From Escherichia coli (GTDB lineage Bacteria; Pseudomonadota; Gammaproteobacteria; Enterobacterales; Enterobacteriaceae): DNA of 32,000 bases. A program made the translations under genes and the position numbers. Each line of letters begins with the position of its first letter. Position 1 is the first letter of the stretch. The stretch is taken from the NCBI RefSeq assembly GCF_022493515.1, contig NZ_CP028755.1; one strand, 5' to 3'. Below are positions 9,236 to 17,253 of this stretch, in pieces. A model generated the notes under the pieces. It was not told the DNA's origin and did no database searches. It saw only the letters and a list, made by a program, of their open reading frames with translations.

Positions 9236-9690
9236 TCGCTGAATTCCTTATATTGTTGCCGAGTTAACTGATAAAGCGTTACGCCGACGGGTTTACCACA
9301 TCTGATATAAGCATCATCAAGGTGACCAACACGGGTAGCGCCAAGCAAACGGATAATTGCCCGTCCGTATTTGGTGGTGTCAGGAACCATGGTAATGCTG
9401 TTAAGGAATGGTGAGTTTTCGAGAAGCCATTTGCAGAATAATCGATGCCCTTGCAGTGCATATTCACCACGGAATCCGGGGTCGTACACCGCATGGCATT
9501 CAACAATGCTATGCCAGAAGTTACGCACTTCATGAACGCCAGCCAGCACCAATCCTTCGTAGATACCGAGATATACCGCATCAGGCTTGATGTAGTACAT
9601 GTGCCCCGGCTCAACAATATTTTCGGTATTGCCAGGCTCGTTAAGAAAGGCCTGTAATCGCACAGGGTTATCAATAAATTTTAGTTCCAT
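9229..9690 (-). CDS. P22 gp14-like head assembly protein (DUF2824-like, GNAT-like)
   Basis: 153 aa immediately upstream of gp7-like gene; WHSIVECHAVYDPGFRGEYALQGHRLFCKWLLEN...YGRAIIRLLGATRVG. Confidence 0.7.
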   Translation of the reverse strand: MELKFIDNPVRLQAFLNEPGNTENIVEPGHMYYIKPDAVYLGIYEGLVLAGVHEVRNFWHSIVECHAVYDPGFRGEYALQGHRLFCKWLLENSPFLNSITMVPDTTKYGRAIIRLLGATRVGHLDDAYIRCGKPVGVTLYQLTRQQYKEFSEC

Positions 9691-9706
9691 GCGATGCCAT
9701 CCATTT

Positions 9707-9868
9707 TCACATACAGCCTGCCAGCGCCTTATCTATTAACCCTCGTGCAATTTCATGCAGAGTTGGCGCTACTCCAATTCCTGATTTTTTACGCTGCTCT
9801 TCCTGAATTTTCTTTATCGCTTCCATTTGCTTCTCACTTATCAATACCGGCTTTACTGAAATAGCCAT
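9707..9868 (-). CDS. Short uncharacterised protein, first gene of the ejection cassette (absent from ORF track)
   Basis: MAISVKPVLISEKQMEAIKKIQEEQRKKSGIGVAPTLHEIARGLIDKALAGCM; upstream AAGGGG on the minus strand. Confidence 0.65.
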   Translation of the reverse strand: MAISVKPVLISEKQMEAIKKIQEEQRKKSGIGVAPTLHEIARGLIDKALAGCM

Positions 9869-9881
9869 AACGCCCCCTTAG

Positions 9882-9954
9882 AACTGTATAAAACAACAGT
9901 TATTATAGTTTCATAAATCGCAATATTCATCATCGTGATTGCAAAATATGAAAC
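9882..9954 (-). promoter_or_regulatory. Candidate promoter/operator of the ejection cassette
   Basis: Minus-strand TATAAT at 9907-9902; interrupted inverted repeat GTTTCATA...GCAAT/ATTGC...TATGAAAC spanning 9908-9954; AACTGT/ACAGTT at 9882-9901. Confidence 0.5.
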
Positions 9955-9963
9955 AAATAGCAC

Positions 9964-9997
9964 AAAAAAAATGCCACCGCTCAGTAGCTGGTGGCAT
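9964..9997 (-). terminator. Rho-independent terminator upstream of the ejection cassette
   Basis: Minus-strand ATGCCACC-11nt-GGTGGCAT followed by TTTTTTT. Confidence 0.85.
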
Positions 9998-10135
9998 CGT
10001 TCTGTGTGTCAGGTTTTGACAGGTTTTTTATGGACTCTAAAAACTATATTTATGGTGTCGCATTACTCTTCACGGAAGGCGCTTTTCAGTTCTGCCCTTG
10101 CTTCTGGCTCCATTGGTAATTTGATTCGCGATCAG

Positions 10136-10300
10136 CTATGCGGATGGTTTGCTGAACAGGCATAACAACTTCTCAGGGGCTGTTTTCTGAACTACGAAAA
10201 TTTCGTAGTGCTCACTTTCAAAAACGTCACGCCCTTGTACACAGGATTTTACGAAAGTCTCGTAAAACACTCTCTGATGCCAGCCAGGTGTTGTGCGCAT
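10136..10300 (-). CDS. Hypothetical small protein
   Basis: MRTTPGWHQRVFYETFVKSCVQGRDVFESEHYEIFVV...; longer ORF-track start would read through the iterons. Confidence 0.35.
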   Translation of the reverse strand: MRTTPGWHQRVFYETFVKSCVQGRDVFESEHYEIFVVQKTAPEKLLCLFSKPSA

Positions 10301-10317
10301 CAATTCAGTCACATTGT

Positions 10318-10428
10318 GTTGGTTCAAAATACCGTGTTGTTGGTTCAGTGTTGGTTCAATAAAAAGAATAAAATCCTTATAAAACAATACCCTTTACAAA
10401 TTGAACCAACTGAACCAACTGAACCAAC
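10318..10428. repeat. Iteron cluster B (ori-like)
   Basis: GTTGGTTCA at 10318-10326, 10339-10347, 10350-10358; 43-bp AT-rich spacer 10359-10401; tandem TGAACCAAC at 10402-10410, 10411-10419, 10420-10428. Confidence 0.92.
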
Positions 10429-10453
10429 GCCTTTTCTACGCACATGAAGAAGC

Positions 10454-12322
10454 TCATTCTTCAGATGAGTTGTAATCTCCTGGCTGGTAATTGAGTACAT
10501 AAACGTTTATTTGTCGTCCCTGAATACGTGGTGATTTTCTTTGGTATCCACGACCGCTGTTTGGTGGGGTTAGCATCCCGGCTTTTTTCAACACTTCAGC
10601 AAACTGTTTTGCGTTGAAACCACATGCGATCTCCTTTTCAAATGTGGCCGGGAATGTGTAGAAAATCATTGGGCTTTCGTCATGTTCTCCACGCTGACGG
10701 TATCCGGCTAAATCTTTGATGGGCAAATCTGCCGGGCTGTATGGAAATGGTGCAAAACGGCTAAGCCCATAGGCATTAAGAAATGCCTCCGTTTGTTCAA
10801 TAATCTGCTGATGTTCTTTGTTACCTGTGCCGAACTCGCGCAACCATGCGTTATAGCTGTGCTGTATCGCATCACGGCATGTCTGAGCATCCCAGCCTGT
10901 TACAACCTCGCCTAACAGCAATGCGGCCTCCAGAATGGCAAATCGCGCGGCTACACGGTGAACCTGCTCACCATAATCGGATGGGATCAGACTTCTCCAT
11001 CTGCTTTCGCAGTCACGAACAGTTTTAATTGCCTGTTGCTGGTGGTCTGCCAGCCATTTAATCCACTCACGCCCGGCTGCGCCGTGGTGATGCTGGTAAG
11101 CGTCTTTCAGTGCGTCTGCGTGCTGTTTTCCGTTCTGGTAATCGTGAAAGCGTACTGCTTTACTCAACGGAATATTCAGCAGTCGCACCAGTTGTCCGGC
11201 TTTGGTTTTTCGCCCGGAAGTAGCGATAAATGTTTCTAAATCCATTTCTCCGGTGCTGATTGCCACTGTACGCCAGCGTTTTAGATCCCGGTTTCCACCA
11301 TCTTTAGCGCCTTGCAGTTTCCCTACACCGTTAAATAACGCATAGGCAGACTGTGAAACACTGACAGGATCAGCGCCCTGACCAACTTCATCAAGCGGCA
11401 TTAGTCCGTCATTGTGGGCGGCGGCTTCATTTGCCAGCCCCAGCGCGGTTCCGTACCACGTCAGCCGCAGTAAATCAGGGTTGCCGTATAAGCTGCTCGC
11501 CACGTTTGCCGTGGTGGTCTTACCTGCGCTCGACTGCTCATAGAAATGAATGCCGAACCCGTCAGCGCCCACCAGCCCAATCAATGGCGCTGCCAGTGCT
11601 GCGCCGATCCCGGTCATCATTGAATAGTTACCAAAGGCCAGACGCGCCACGTTATCACGCCAGCTTTTCGCGCTCCCTGAGACGGTATATCCGGCTGCGG
11701 CTGAGCTTCTCCCGCTGAACAGCACAGGATTTTCAGGTGTTCCGATGATTTCCCCATCAGGCATGATGTACGCTCCGCATTGCCAGCCAGTGGCATGAGC
11801 AACACGCCACAATTCACGAGAGCCACTGCGTTGTAGCCAGTCTGCCAGTATTGCTCTGAGGCTGCTTTTGGTCGTGACATTTACCCCACCAGCTTTAAGT
11901 GTGCGCCATCCTTCACGTTCACCAATATCAGCCAGTGGAATGGCAGCGGTTGTCGGCGTTTCAGAACCAAACGACAGCCAGCGAAGAATGAGATACTGGT
12001 CTTTATCGTCTCTGCCAGTACCGATAACGCTTAACGGCGAACATAACCAGCTTTCGTTATTGATGATTTCTCCACTCTGGCTGTCAGCTCTCGGAGATAC
12101 CCAATAAATACCATCCTCGCGGCTTTCTATTCTTGGTTTCAGTGGGTCGGTATCCATAACCTTAAAATCGCTTCCCTCAATGGTCTGTGGCTCCTGTTTC
12201 ACGCCATTACCCTGTGGTTGGTACATTGACTTATTGAACGTTTCTGTGGCGCATTTAATGCCGTGTTTTTGGTGGTAATCATTCCAGTCTGCTTTGTGAT
12301 CTGTCGGGGTAATGCCACCCAT
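10454..12322 (-). CDS. DUF927 domain protein, helicase half of P4 alpha-like replication protein
   Basis: ALAAPLIGLVGADGFGIHFYEQSSAGKTTTANVASSLYG Walker A; ...LDEVGQGADP... Confidence 0.9.
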   Translation of the reverse strand: MGGITPTDHKADWNDYHQKHGIKCATETFNKSMYQPQGNGVKQEPQTIEGSDFKVMDTDPLKPRIESREDGIYWVSPRADSQSGEIINNESWLCSPLSVIGTGRDDKDQYLILRWLSFGSETPTTAAIPLADIGEREGWRTLKAGGVNVTTKSSLRAILADWLQRSGSRELWRVAHATGWQCGAYIMPDGEIIGTPENPVLFSGRSSAAAGYTVSGSAKSWRDNVARLAFGNYSMMTGIGAALAAPLIGLVGADGFGIHFYEQSSAGKTTTANVASSLYGNPDLLRLTWYGTALGLANEAAAHNDGLMPLDEVGQGADPVSVSQSAYALFNGVGKLQGAKDGGNRDLKRWRTVAISTGEMDLETFIATSGRKTKAGQLVRLLNIPLSKAVRFHDYQNGKQHADALKDAYQHHHGAAGREWIKWLADHQQQAIKTVRDCESRWRSLIPSDYGEQVHRVAARFAILEAALLLGEVVTGWDAQTCRDAIQHSYNAWLREFGTGNKEHQQIIEQTEAFLNAYGLSRFAPFPYSPADLPIKDLAGYRQRGEHDESPMIFYTFPATFEKEIACGFNAKQFAEVLKKAGMLTPPNSGRGYQRKSPRIQGRQINVYVLNYQPGDYNSSEE

Positions 12323-13212
12323 CCAGAAACAGATAAAGCTGCTTTTTCTGCTGCTATTCTCCCCGTGTTTTGTCTTCCTTCGCTGTGGTCGTTATCCGCA
12401 GCAATGATGATTTGTGCTGAAGGATATTTATCCCGCAGTACCTGGGCGACATATAACAGGTTCCCGGCATCAATCGCCGCCACTGTCAGCGCCTCTGGAC
12501 GAATTAAATGGGCAGATAATGCCGTTGCCAGCCCTTCTGCGATTAAGATGCTCTGTGTTGTTTCTGGTGCGTTTATGGCGTGATATGCTCCCCGTTTTGC
12601 TGAACCTGTCAGGAGTCTTTTTTCACCATGTGAGGTAATAGTCTGTGCTGCTGTGACTGCGCCGGATTTATCCACCAGCGCCAGCAACAGAGATCCATCG
12701 GGCAACACGGGGAATGTAAAATCACCTACCCCTTTCGCAACCAGATAATCAGATTTACCGTTTACAGCCTTTCTGCGCATGTCATCAAACTGACGGGAAA
12801 ACGTATCCCGTCTTTGTTGTTCGTCCTTCTCTGCCCTTTTCAGGCGCTCCTGTTCGCGTCGCTGGCGCTCGGTTTCCAGTTGTTCCCGTTTCTGGCTGGT
12901 GGCTTCTGGTGTTTCCGTTGTCCGGTAATCAATACCCAGAACATCAGCGGCAAGAAGCGCCGCCTCTGTTGTGTCGCAGTTATTTACGCGTTTAATTAAA
13001 TCCAGCCCATCACCAGCGCCGCACTGATTACAGATGAAGCTACCGCGCCCGTTGTCATCGAACCGGAATCGATCTTTGCCCCCACATGCAGGGCAGGGAG
13101 CATGACGGCGCGGAGAGTCAGGGACATTTATGTTCAGGCAGCCCAGCACATGAGGCCAGTTGTTTTCAGACGCACTGATAACCTGACGGATAAGATCAAT
13201 GTTTCGCATCAC
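12199..13212 (-). CDS. P4 alpha-like primase (zinc-binding + Toprim)
   Basis: CPACGGKDRFRFDDNGRGSFICNQCGAGDGLDLIKRV zinc motif; IAEGLATALSAH and IIIAADND Toprim motifs; overlaps DUF927 ORF out of frame. Confidence 0.9.
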   Translation of the reverse strand: MMRNIDLIRQVISASENNWPHVLGCLNINVPDSPRRHAPCPACGGKDRFRFDDNGRGSFICNQCGAGDGLDLIKRVNNCDTTEAALLAADVLGIDYRTTETPEATSQKREQLETERQRREQERLKRAEKDEQQRRDTFSRQFDDMRRKAVNGKSDYLVAKGVGDFTFPVLPDGSLLLALVDKSGAVTAAQTITSHGEKRLLTGSAKRGAYHAINAPETTQSILIAEGLATALSAHLIRPEALTVAAIDAGNLLYVAQVLRDKYPSAQIIIAADNDHSEGRQNTGRIAAEKAALSVSGWVALPRQITKQTGMITTKNTALNAPQKRSISQCTNHRVMA

Positions 13213-13567
13213 CGTACCCCACGTGGTCTATAGCGTTTGCGATATGGCTAACCAGCATCTGCCACTTGGTTATTCCGTAATCAGTCAGCATGCCATCATT
13301 GTTTAGCCACATATCAAATTCAGCGGTTGTCGCAAGTTTCCACTTATCGCCGTGGACAGTCCTCATTGCTGGGTACATGAATGCGCAAATCAGATCACAA
13401 ACATCTGACGGCTTCAGAGATGTAGTAATGGTGCGTCCCTCTGGCGTCTGAATTGCCATTTTCTCTTCACCAGTAGAATGAAGGTTATGAATCCACACAG
13501 CGCCAGCAATCTTTGCCACCTGCTCTCCGATTGCGGAGCTAAGCGCCATTTCTGCATTTTCACGCAT
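13196..13567 (-). CDS. Hypothetical satellite protein
   Basis: 123-aa ORF overlapping neighbours in a compact operon. Confidence 0.6.
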   Translation of the reverse strand: MRENAEMALSSAIGEQVAKIAGAVWIHNLHSTGEEKMAIQTPEGRTITTSLKPSDVCDLICAFMYPAMRTVHGDKWKLATTAEFDMWLNNDGMLTDYGITKWQMLVSHIANAIDHVGYGDAKH

Positions 13568-13901
13568 GAGAACCTCCCGCTACAGTTGCGCCCATGTCAT
13601 TAACCATGCTTTGCCATATCTCACGCCCGACGTCAGTCAATCCGTCCTTAGTGACGCAACGATCAAGAAGCTCTATCCCCACGGTTTCCCACTGCGGGTA
13701 GAACACTTTCATGGCTGCCAGTGTGTAGCTATCGATCAGGCTGCGAACGCCTTTTACTCCATTGACGATTTCCACACGGACGGCCTCGCCGTCCGCATCA
13801 ACCATGAAATAGTCCCCGCCGCTGGTGGAGGTAATGTGGTTATACAGTGCCGACGCATACTTATTTGCCAGCGCATTTAGTCGGAAATTTTTAGTAATCA
13901 T
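13560..13901 (-). CDS. Hypothetical satellite protein
   Basis: 113-aa ORF in the same operon. Confidence 0.6.
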   Translation of the reverse strand: MITKNFRLNALANKYASALYNHITSTSGGDYFMVDADGEAVRVEIVNGVKGVRSLIDSYTLAAMKVFYPQWETVGIELLDRCVTKDGLTDVGREIWQSMVNDMGATVAGGSHA

Positions 13902-13911
13902 GGCTCCATCC

Positions 13912-14514
13912 TCAGTGCGTCACTGGTTCCGCTGGCATGCCGTTTTCATTCAGTTCAGCTATAAAGCTGTTGTGAAGTTCAGCAAGCGTTTCACGACCAA
14001 ATGGAGTCAGTGCTCCTTGTTCCACATCCATCATGGCTCTGTAGAAAATGATGGCGCGTTCTGTGCCAGACTCGATGCCAAAACGTTCTATCATCGCGCC
14101 CTCAATGTTGTTTGCCATAGCGAGGCGCTCTGCTACTGGATACAGCGGCATGGCGACGATGCCGTTGGAATAAACAGCCACTTCGGAAGGATTGCCAGTA
14201 TCATCAATGATGCTGACAGTGCCGTTTTCCTCTCTCATTTCCAGCATGAATACTGTTGCGATCAGCCATCTCCACATAATGACGTTATGCTGTGATGTGT
14301 AATCGAAATATCCCTGGTTGCCGCCATCGGCAATAGCGAGATGTATTGACATACCTTCATCTGGTTTATCGTCATAATCCCCGGCATCCAGACGATTTAC
14401 GGCATCAATATATGAGACGGCCTCAACGCGTTCTGTCATGCCATCGTTGCTGCGGTACATGATGTTTACGCCGTCAGGCGTTGCTTCTGCATGGAAAGTT
14501 AAGAAATTATTCAT
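13912..14514 (-). CDS. Hypothetical satellite protein
   Basis: Likely start MNNFLTFHAEATPDGVNIMYRSNDG at 14514 within ORF 13912-14619. Confidence 0.6.
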   Translation of the reverse strand: MNNFLTFHAEATPDGVNIMYRSNDGMTERVEAVSYIDAVNRLDAGDYDDKPDEGMSIHLAIADGGNQGYFDYTSQHNVIMWRWLIATVFMLEMREENGTVSIIDDTGNPSEVAVYSNGIVAMPLYPVAERLAMANNIEGAMIERFGIESGTERAIIFYRAMMDVEQGALTPFGRETLAELHNSFIAELNENGMPAEPVTH

Positions 14515-14728
14515 GTTTCGCCTCGCCTGAATGATTCTGTAACTCATATTTGCCCAACAATTCGTCCGCTTCCTGAATAGCTTCTGGTACGCCATTGAGC
14601 AGTGACATAACCGCGCCAATCATTAACTTGTCTCTGTTGCTTGGGCTGGCCCCTTCAAGCCAGAACCCTAAAACAGTCTGAACCTGTTCGATGCGACATT
14701 GCGCTTCAATGAGCTGGATGTTGGTCAT
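14507..14728 (-). CDS. Hypothetical small protein
   Basis: 73-aa ORF with overlapping neighbours. Confidence 0.55.
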   Translation of the reverse strand: MTNIQLIEAQCRIEQVQTVLGFWLEGASPSNRDKLMIGAVMSLLNGVPEAIQEADELLGKYELQNHSGEAKHE

Positions 14729-14988
14729 TTCGCACTCTCCACATCGATTAAACTGATATCTATCAGGGAGGTAACTTTTTGTAGCCAGCTATTGATTACT
14801 GTCGCCTGTTCCCCTCCCACCGAGGGAATAATCTCATTCATCACATGAACCAGACCTGTGCGCGCTCTGGTAAGCCGTTCAGTCGTGCGATCTGCGGGAG
14901 TGAATGTGTCTGGATGTGGCTCTTCACGCCCCAGCAATGATTCAATTTCCAGCTCACACGGATGACGATAAATTAAGTTGATATTCAT
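14725..14988 (-). CDS. Hypothetical small protein
   Basis: 87-aa ORF, 4-nt overlaps with both neighbours. Confidence 0.55.
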   Translation of the reverse strand: MNINLIYRHPCELEIESLLGREEPHPDTFTPADRTTERLTRARTGLVHVMNEIIPSVGGEQATVINSWLQKVTSLIDISLIDVESAK

Positions 14989-15179
14989 TTTTCACCCCCA
15001 AGAATTACCAGCTCTGCACGGGCATCGTTAACCAAAGATGAGCACGCTTTAATCGCATCCACGACATCAGCAGCGTCCATTTCTTCAGCCGAAAGACTGA
15101 CAGCAACCAGGACAGCCGCTGCTTGCTCGATTAATTGAAGTGCGGACGTAAGGCGAGGGGTATTAATTGAGTTATTCAT
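14985..15179 (-). CDS. Hypothetical small protein
   Basis: Likely start [28 protein letters not shown] at 15179 within ORF 14985-15236. Confidence 0.5.
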   Translation of the reverse strand: MNNSINTPRLTSALQLIEQAAAVLVAVSLSAEEMDAADVVDAIKACSSLVNDARAELVILGGEK

Positions 15180-16239
15180 TGGTTGCCCCCGTTTTGCATG
15201 GCATTTGTCCACCTTCCAGCAGGAAATGAACGTCACGAACGGCGAGATCCAATATCGCGAGTAACGCCTTCAGTTTTTCGTCTCGTGAGGGAGAGTTGCT
15301 CACCAGAATGTCATTAATCACTTCTGTCAGTGTGATGATCTGGCTTGTGCGTTCGAGGGGATCCATATGCACATCGTAGGTTTTAATCATGTGCCACCTC
15401 CATGCGGATACGACCAGCAAAAAAGCAGACGTGATCGCGCACCAGAGAACGGCGAGCATCGCGTTCAGACTCGGCAGCAATATGATGAATTTTGGCGGTA
15501 ATTGTCGGGCAGTCGCGGCGAACTGCGGCGATAATCCAGATAAATTGCGGTTTTTGGGTAGGGGTAGTAGCCAGCATGTGGCAGCCTCCTTGTACTGGGA
15601 ATTCTTCCCACCACCGGAGCTGCGAAACTCGCTGGTGGTGGACTGAACAGAGTTCGCAGTACCGGCGTACAAGGAAACCGGCCAGCCTTTCGGCTGCCCT
15701 GTCCAGCCCACCATAATTTTGCAAGCGACGCGGATTATAACCACATCACTGAAAAAAGTGTGAGTCTGGCTAACGGCACAAAAAAAGACGCTCGGCGCGT
15801 CATGTGTCGCCTCGTACATTTCCGGGCTGCGAAACCCGGCACCCGTTTTATGAGGTGCCTTATAACCATAAACCGTGTTGCCGCATAACGGCAAGCTCTT
15901 TTTTATGGACTCCGAAAACTCACTGCTGGAAGAACCAGAAGCACAGTACATCGCGCTCATTTCGTTAACGTCACGCGCGTGGACGAAGGTTTTTGTGGAG
16001 TCACTACACGAGCAGAGCAGGTCATCTACGACCAGAAATTCTCTGGCGCAGCCGCTGACCTTCTCAACGCTAACATCATCGACCGTAATTTCTGACATAG
16101 TTAAGGCATCCGCTCCTACCACCAGCAAATGATAAACTTTGCTTGTATCTGCTGTATTAATGCCTGACTTTGCCGCCATATTGCTGGATTTTGGCGATAT
16201 GCCAGCCAGTGAAAATATCTTCTTCTGGACGGGTATCAT
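15172..16239 (-). CDS. Ash-family-containing long ORF (actual start uncertain)
   Basis: [29 protein letters not shown]...[29 protein letters not shown] is typical of Ash-family proteins; distinct N- and C-terminal extensions. Confidence 0.65.
   Translation of the reverse strand: MIPVQKKIFSLAGISPKSSNMAAKSGINTADTSKVYHLLVVGADALTMSEITVDDVSVEKVSGCAREFLVVDDLLCSCSDSTKTFVHARDVNEMSAMYCASGSSSSEFSESIKKSLPLCGNTVYGYKAPHKTGAGFRSPEMYEATHDAPSVFFCAVSQTHTFFSDVVIIRVACKIMVGWTGQPKGWPVSLYAGTANSVQSTTSEFRSSGGGKNSQYKEAATCWLLPLPKNRNLSGLSPQFAATARQLPPKFIILLPSLNAMLAVLWCAITSAFLLVVSAWRWHMIKTYDVHMDPLERTSQIITLTEVINDILVSNSPSRDEKLKALLAILDLAVRDVHFLLEGGQMPCKTGATNE
15383..15577 (-). CDS. Icd-like (host cell division inhibitor-like) protein nested out of frame within the Ash ORF
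   Basis: [57 protein letters not shown] is Icd-like family sequence. Confidence 0.65.
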   Translation of the reverse strand: MLATTPTQKPQFIWIIAAVRRDCPTITAKIHHIAAESERDARRSLVRDHVCFFAGRIRMEVAHD

Positions 16240-16415
16240 TGGTTAACCTCCGCGAACTCCTTCATGAAACGCGCCAGCGGTTGTACGCATGGCGATTGAT
16301 ACCCGTCGCGATAAAACGTCACTCGGTTGTGAGACACGCTTTCGACAGTAACGAGTGCTCCGTGGGCATCTTTGTAGCGTTTTTGAGGTTGTGGTGTTCC
16401 TGTCGGCTTAAACAT
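16236..16415 (-). CDS. DUF4222 domain protein
   Basis: MFKPTGTPQPQKRYKDAHGALVTVESVSHNRVTFYRDGYQSPCVQPLARFMKEF; start chosen over ORF-track start. Confidence 0.7.
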   Translation of the reverse strand: MFKPTGTPQPQKRYKDAHGALVTVESVSHNRVTFYRDGYQSPCVQPLARFMKEFAEVNQ

Positions 16416-17241
16416 GGACCGCCTCCAGACGCTTGGCGAGCCAGCGTTGCGACAGGCGGGTGAGTTCTCCTTTGCGCTGCTCATATTCCATGCCCATATC
16501 AATTAACGTGATATTGGTGCTTTCGAGATATGAGAGGTGCTCAAGCTGTTCTGCGTTCATATGGTCGCGAGGTTCGCCAGAATAGCCATTTATCCGCGCC
16601 CACTGCTTAGCAGTTAGCCCTCCAAGAACGATACGAGAAATCATATTGCTCTCGTTTGTGTAGTGGTGTTGCTGCGTCGTTTTCCCCTGCTCGGCACGGG
16701 CCATATTCAGCGCATCGCACATTGGCTTAAAGTTGTTTGCGGCACTGATACGGGCTTTTAGCTGGCGACGATAGCGGGCGGCGATTTCAGGCACGCTACG
16801 CTGTAATTCTTCCTCGCACTGGATGAAATAACGACGGATAGCGCGACCCTGATCATTGCGTTCGATCATTGCCAGTTCTTTCGCCATTCCGACACTTAAC
16901 AGATAGTCTTTGCCGGGTCTGCCAGACTGCTTAATCTTGCTGTAAGCCGCACCATTCGGGCTTTTCCCCAAATTTGGGGAAATTGTTTTATGGACTGAGT
17001 AATCGTGCCCAATGGTGAAGTCATATTCAGAGATGCGATCAGTGATCCATGTAGAGAAGTCTTTTCCCACGCACAACGCTTTGTGTAACGCTTTTGCGCT
17101 AACAATATTGGTTTCACGCCCACCGATATGACCAGGAATAATCGGGACAATTGCGGCAAATTCATTACCGTTAATTGTGCCAAGAGAGGCGTTCAGATGA
17201 GGGGCGGCCTCAGAAATTAATCTGCTTTTTTCGATGTTCAT
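16408..17241 (-). CDS. AntA/AntB-type antirepressor-like protein
   Basis: VSAKALHKALCVGKDFSTWITDRISEYDFTIGHDYSVHK...KDYLLSVGMAKELAMIERNDQGRAIRRYFIQCEEEL. Confidence 0.82.
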   Translation of the reverse strand: MNIEKSRLISEAAPHLNASLGTINGNEFAAIVPIIPGHIGGRETNIVSAKALHKALCVGKDFSTWITDRISEYDFTIGHDYSVHKTISPNLGKSPNGAAYSKIKQSGRPGKDYLLSVGMAKELAMIERNDQGRAIRRYFIQCEEELQRSVPEIAARYRRQLKARISAANNFKPMCDALNMARAEQGKTTQQHHYTNESNMISRIVLGGLTAKQWARINGYSGEPRDHMNAEQLEHLSYLESTNITLIDMGMEYEQRKGELTRLSQRWLAKRLEAVHV

Positions 17242-17253
17242 TTTCAGTCTCCG

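Noticed and set aside
10136-10387. 83-aa ORF starting at 10387
   Set aside because: The N-terminal part (EPTLNQQHGILNQHN) is translated iteron DNA; a start at 10300 is more plausible if the gene is real.
15389-16463. Plus-strand ORFs (15389-15646, 15492-15716, 15875-16132, 16170-16463)
   Set aside because: Antisense shadows of the family-supported minus-strand Ash/Icd/DUF4222 genes.
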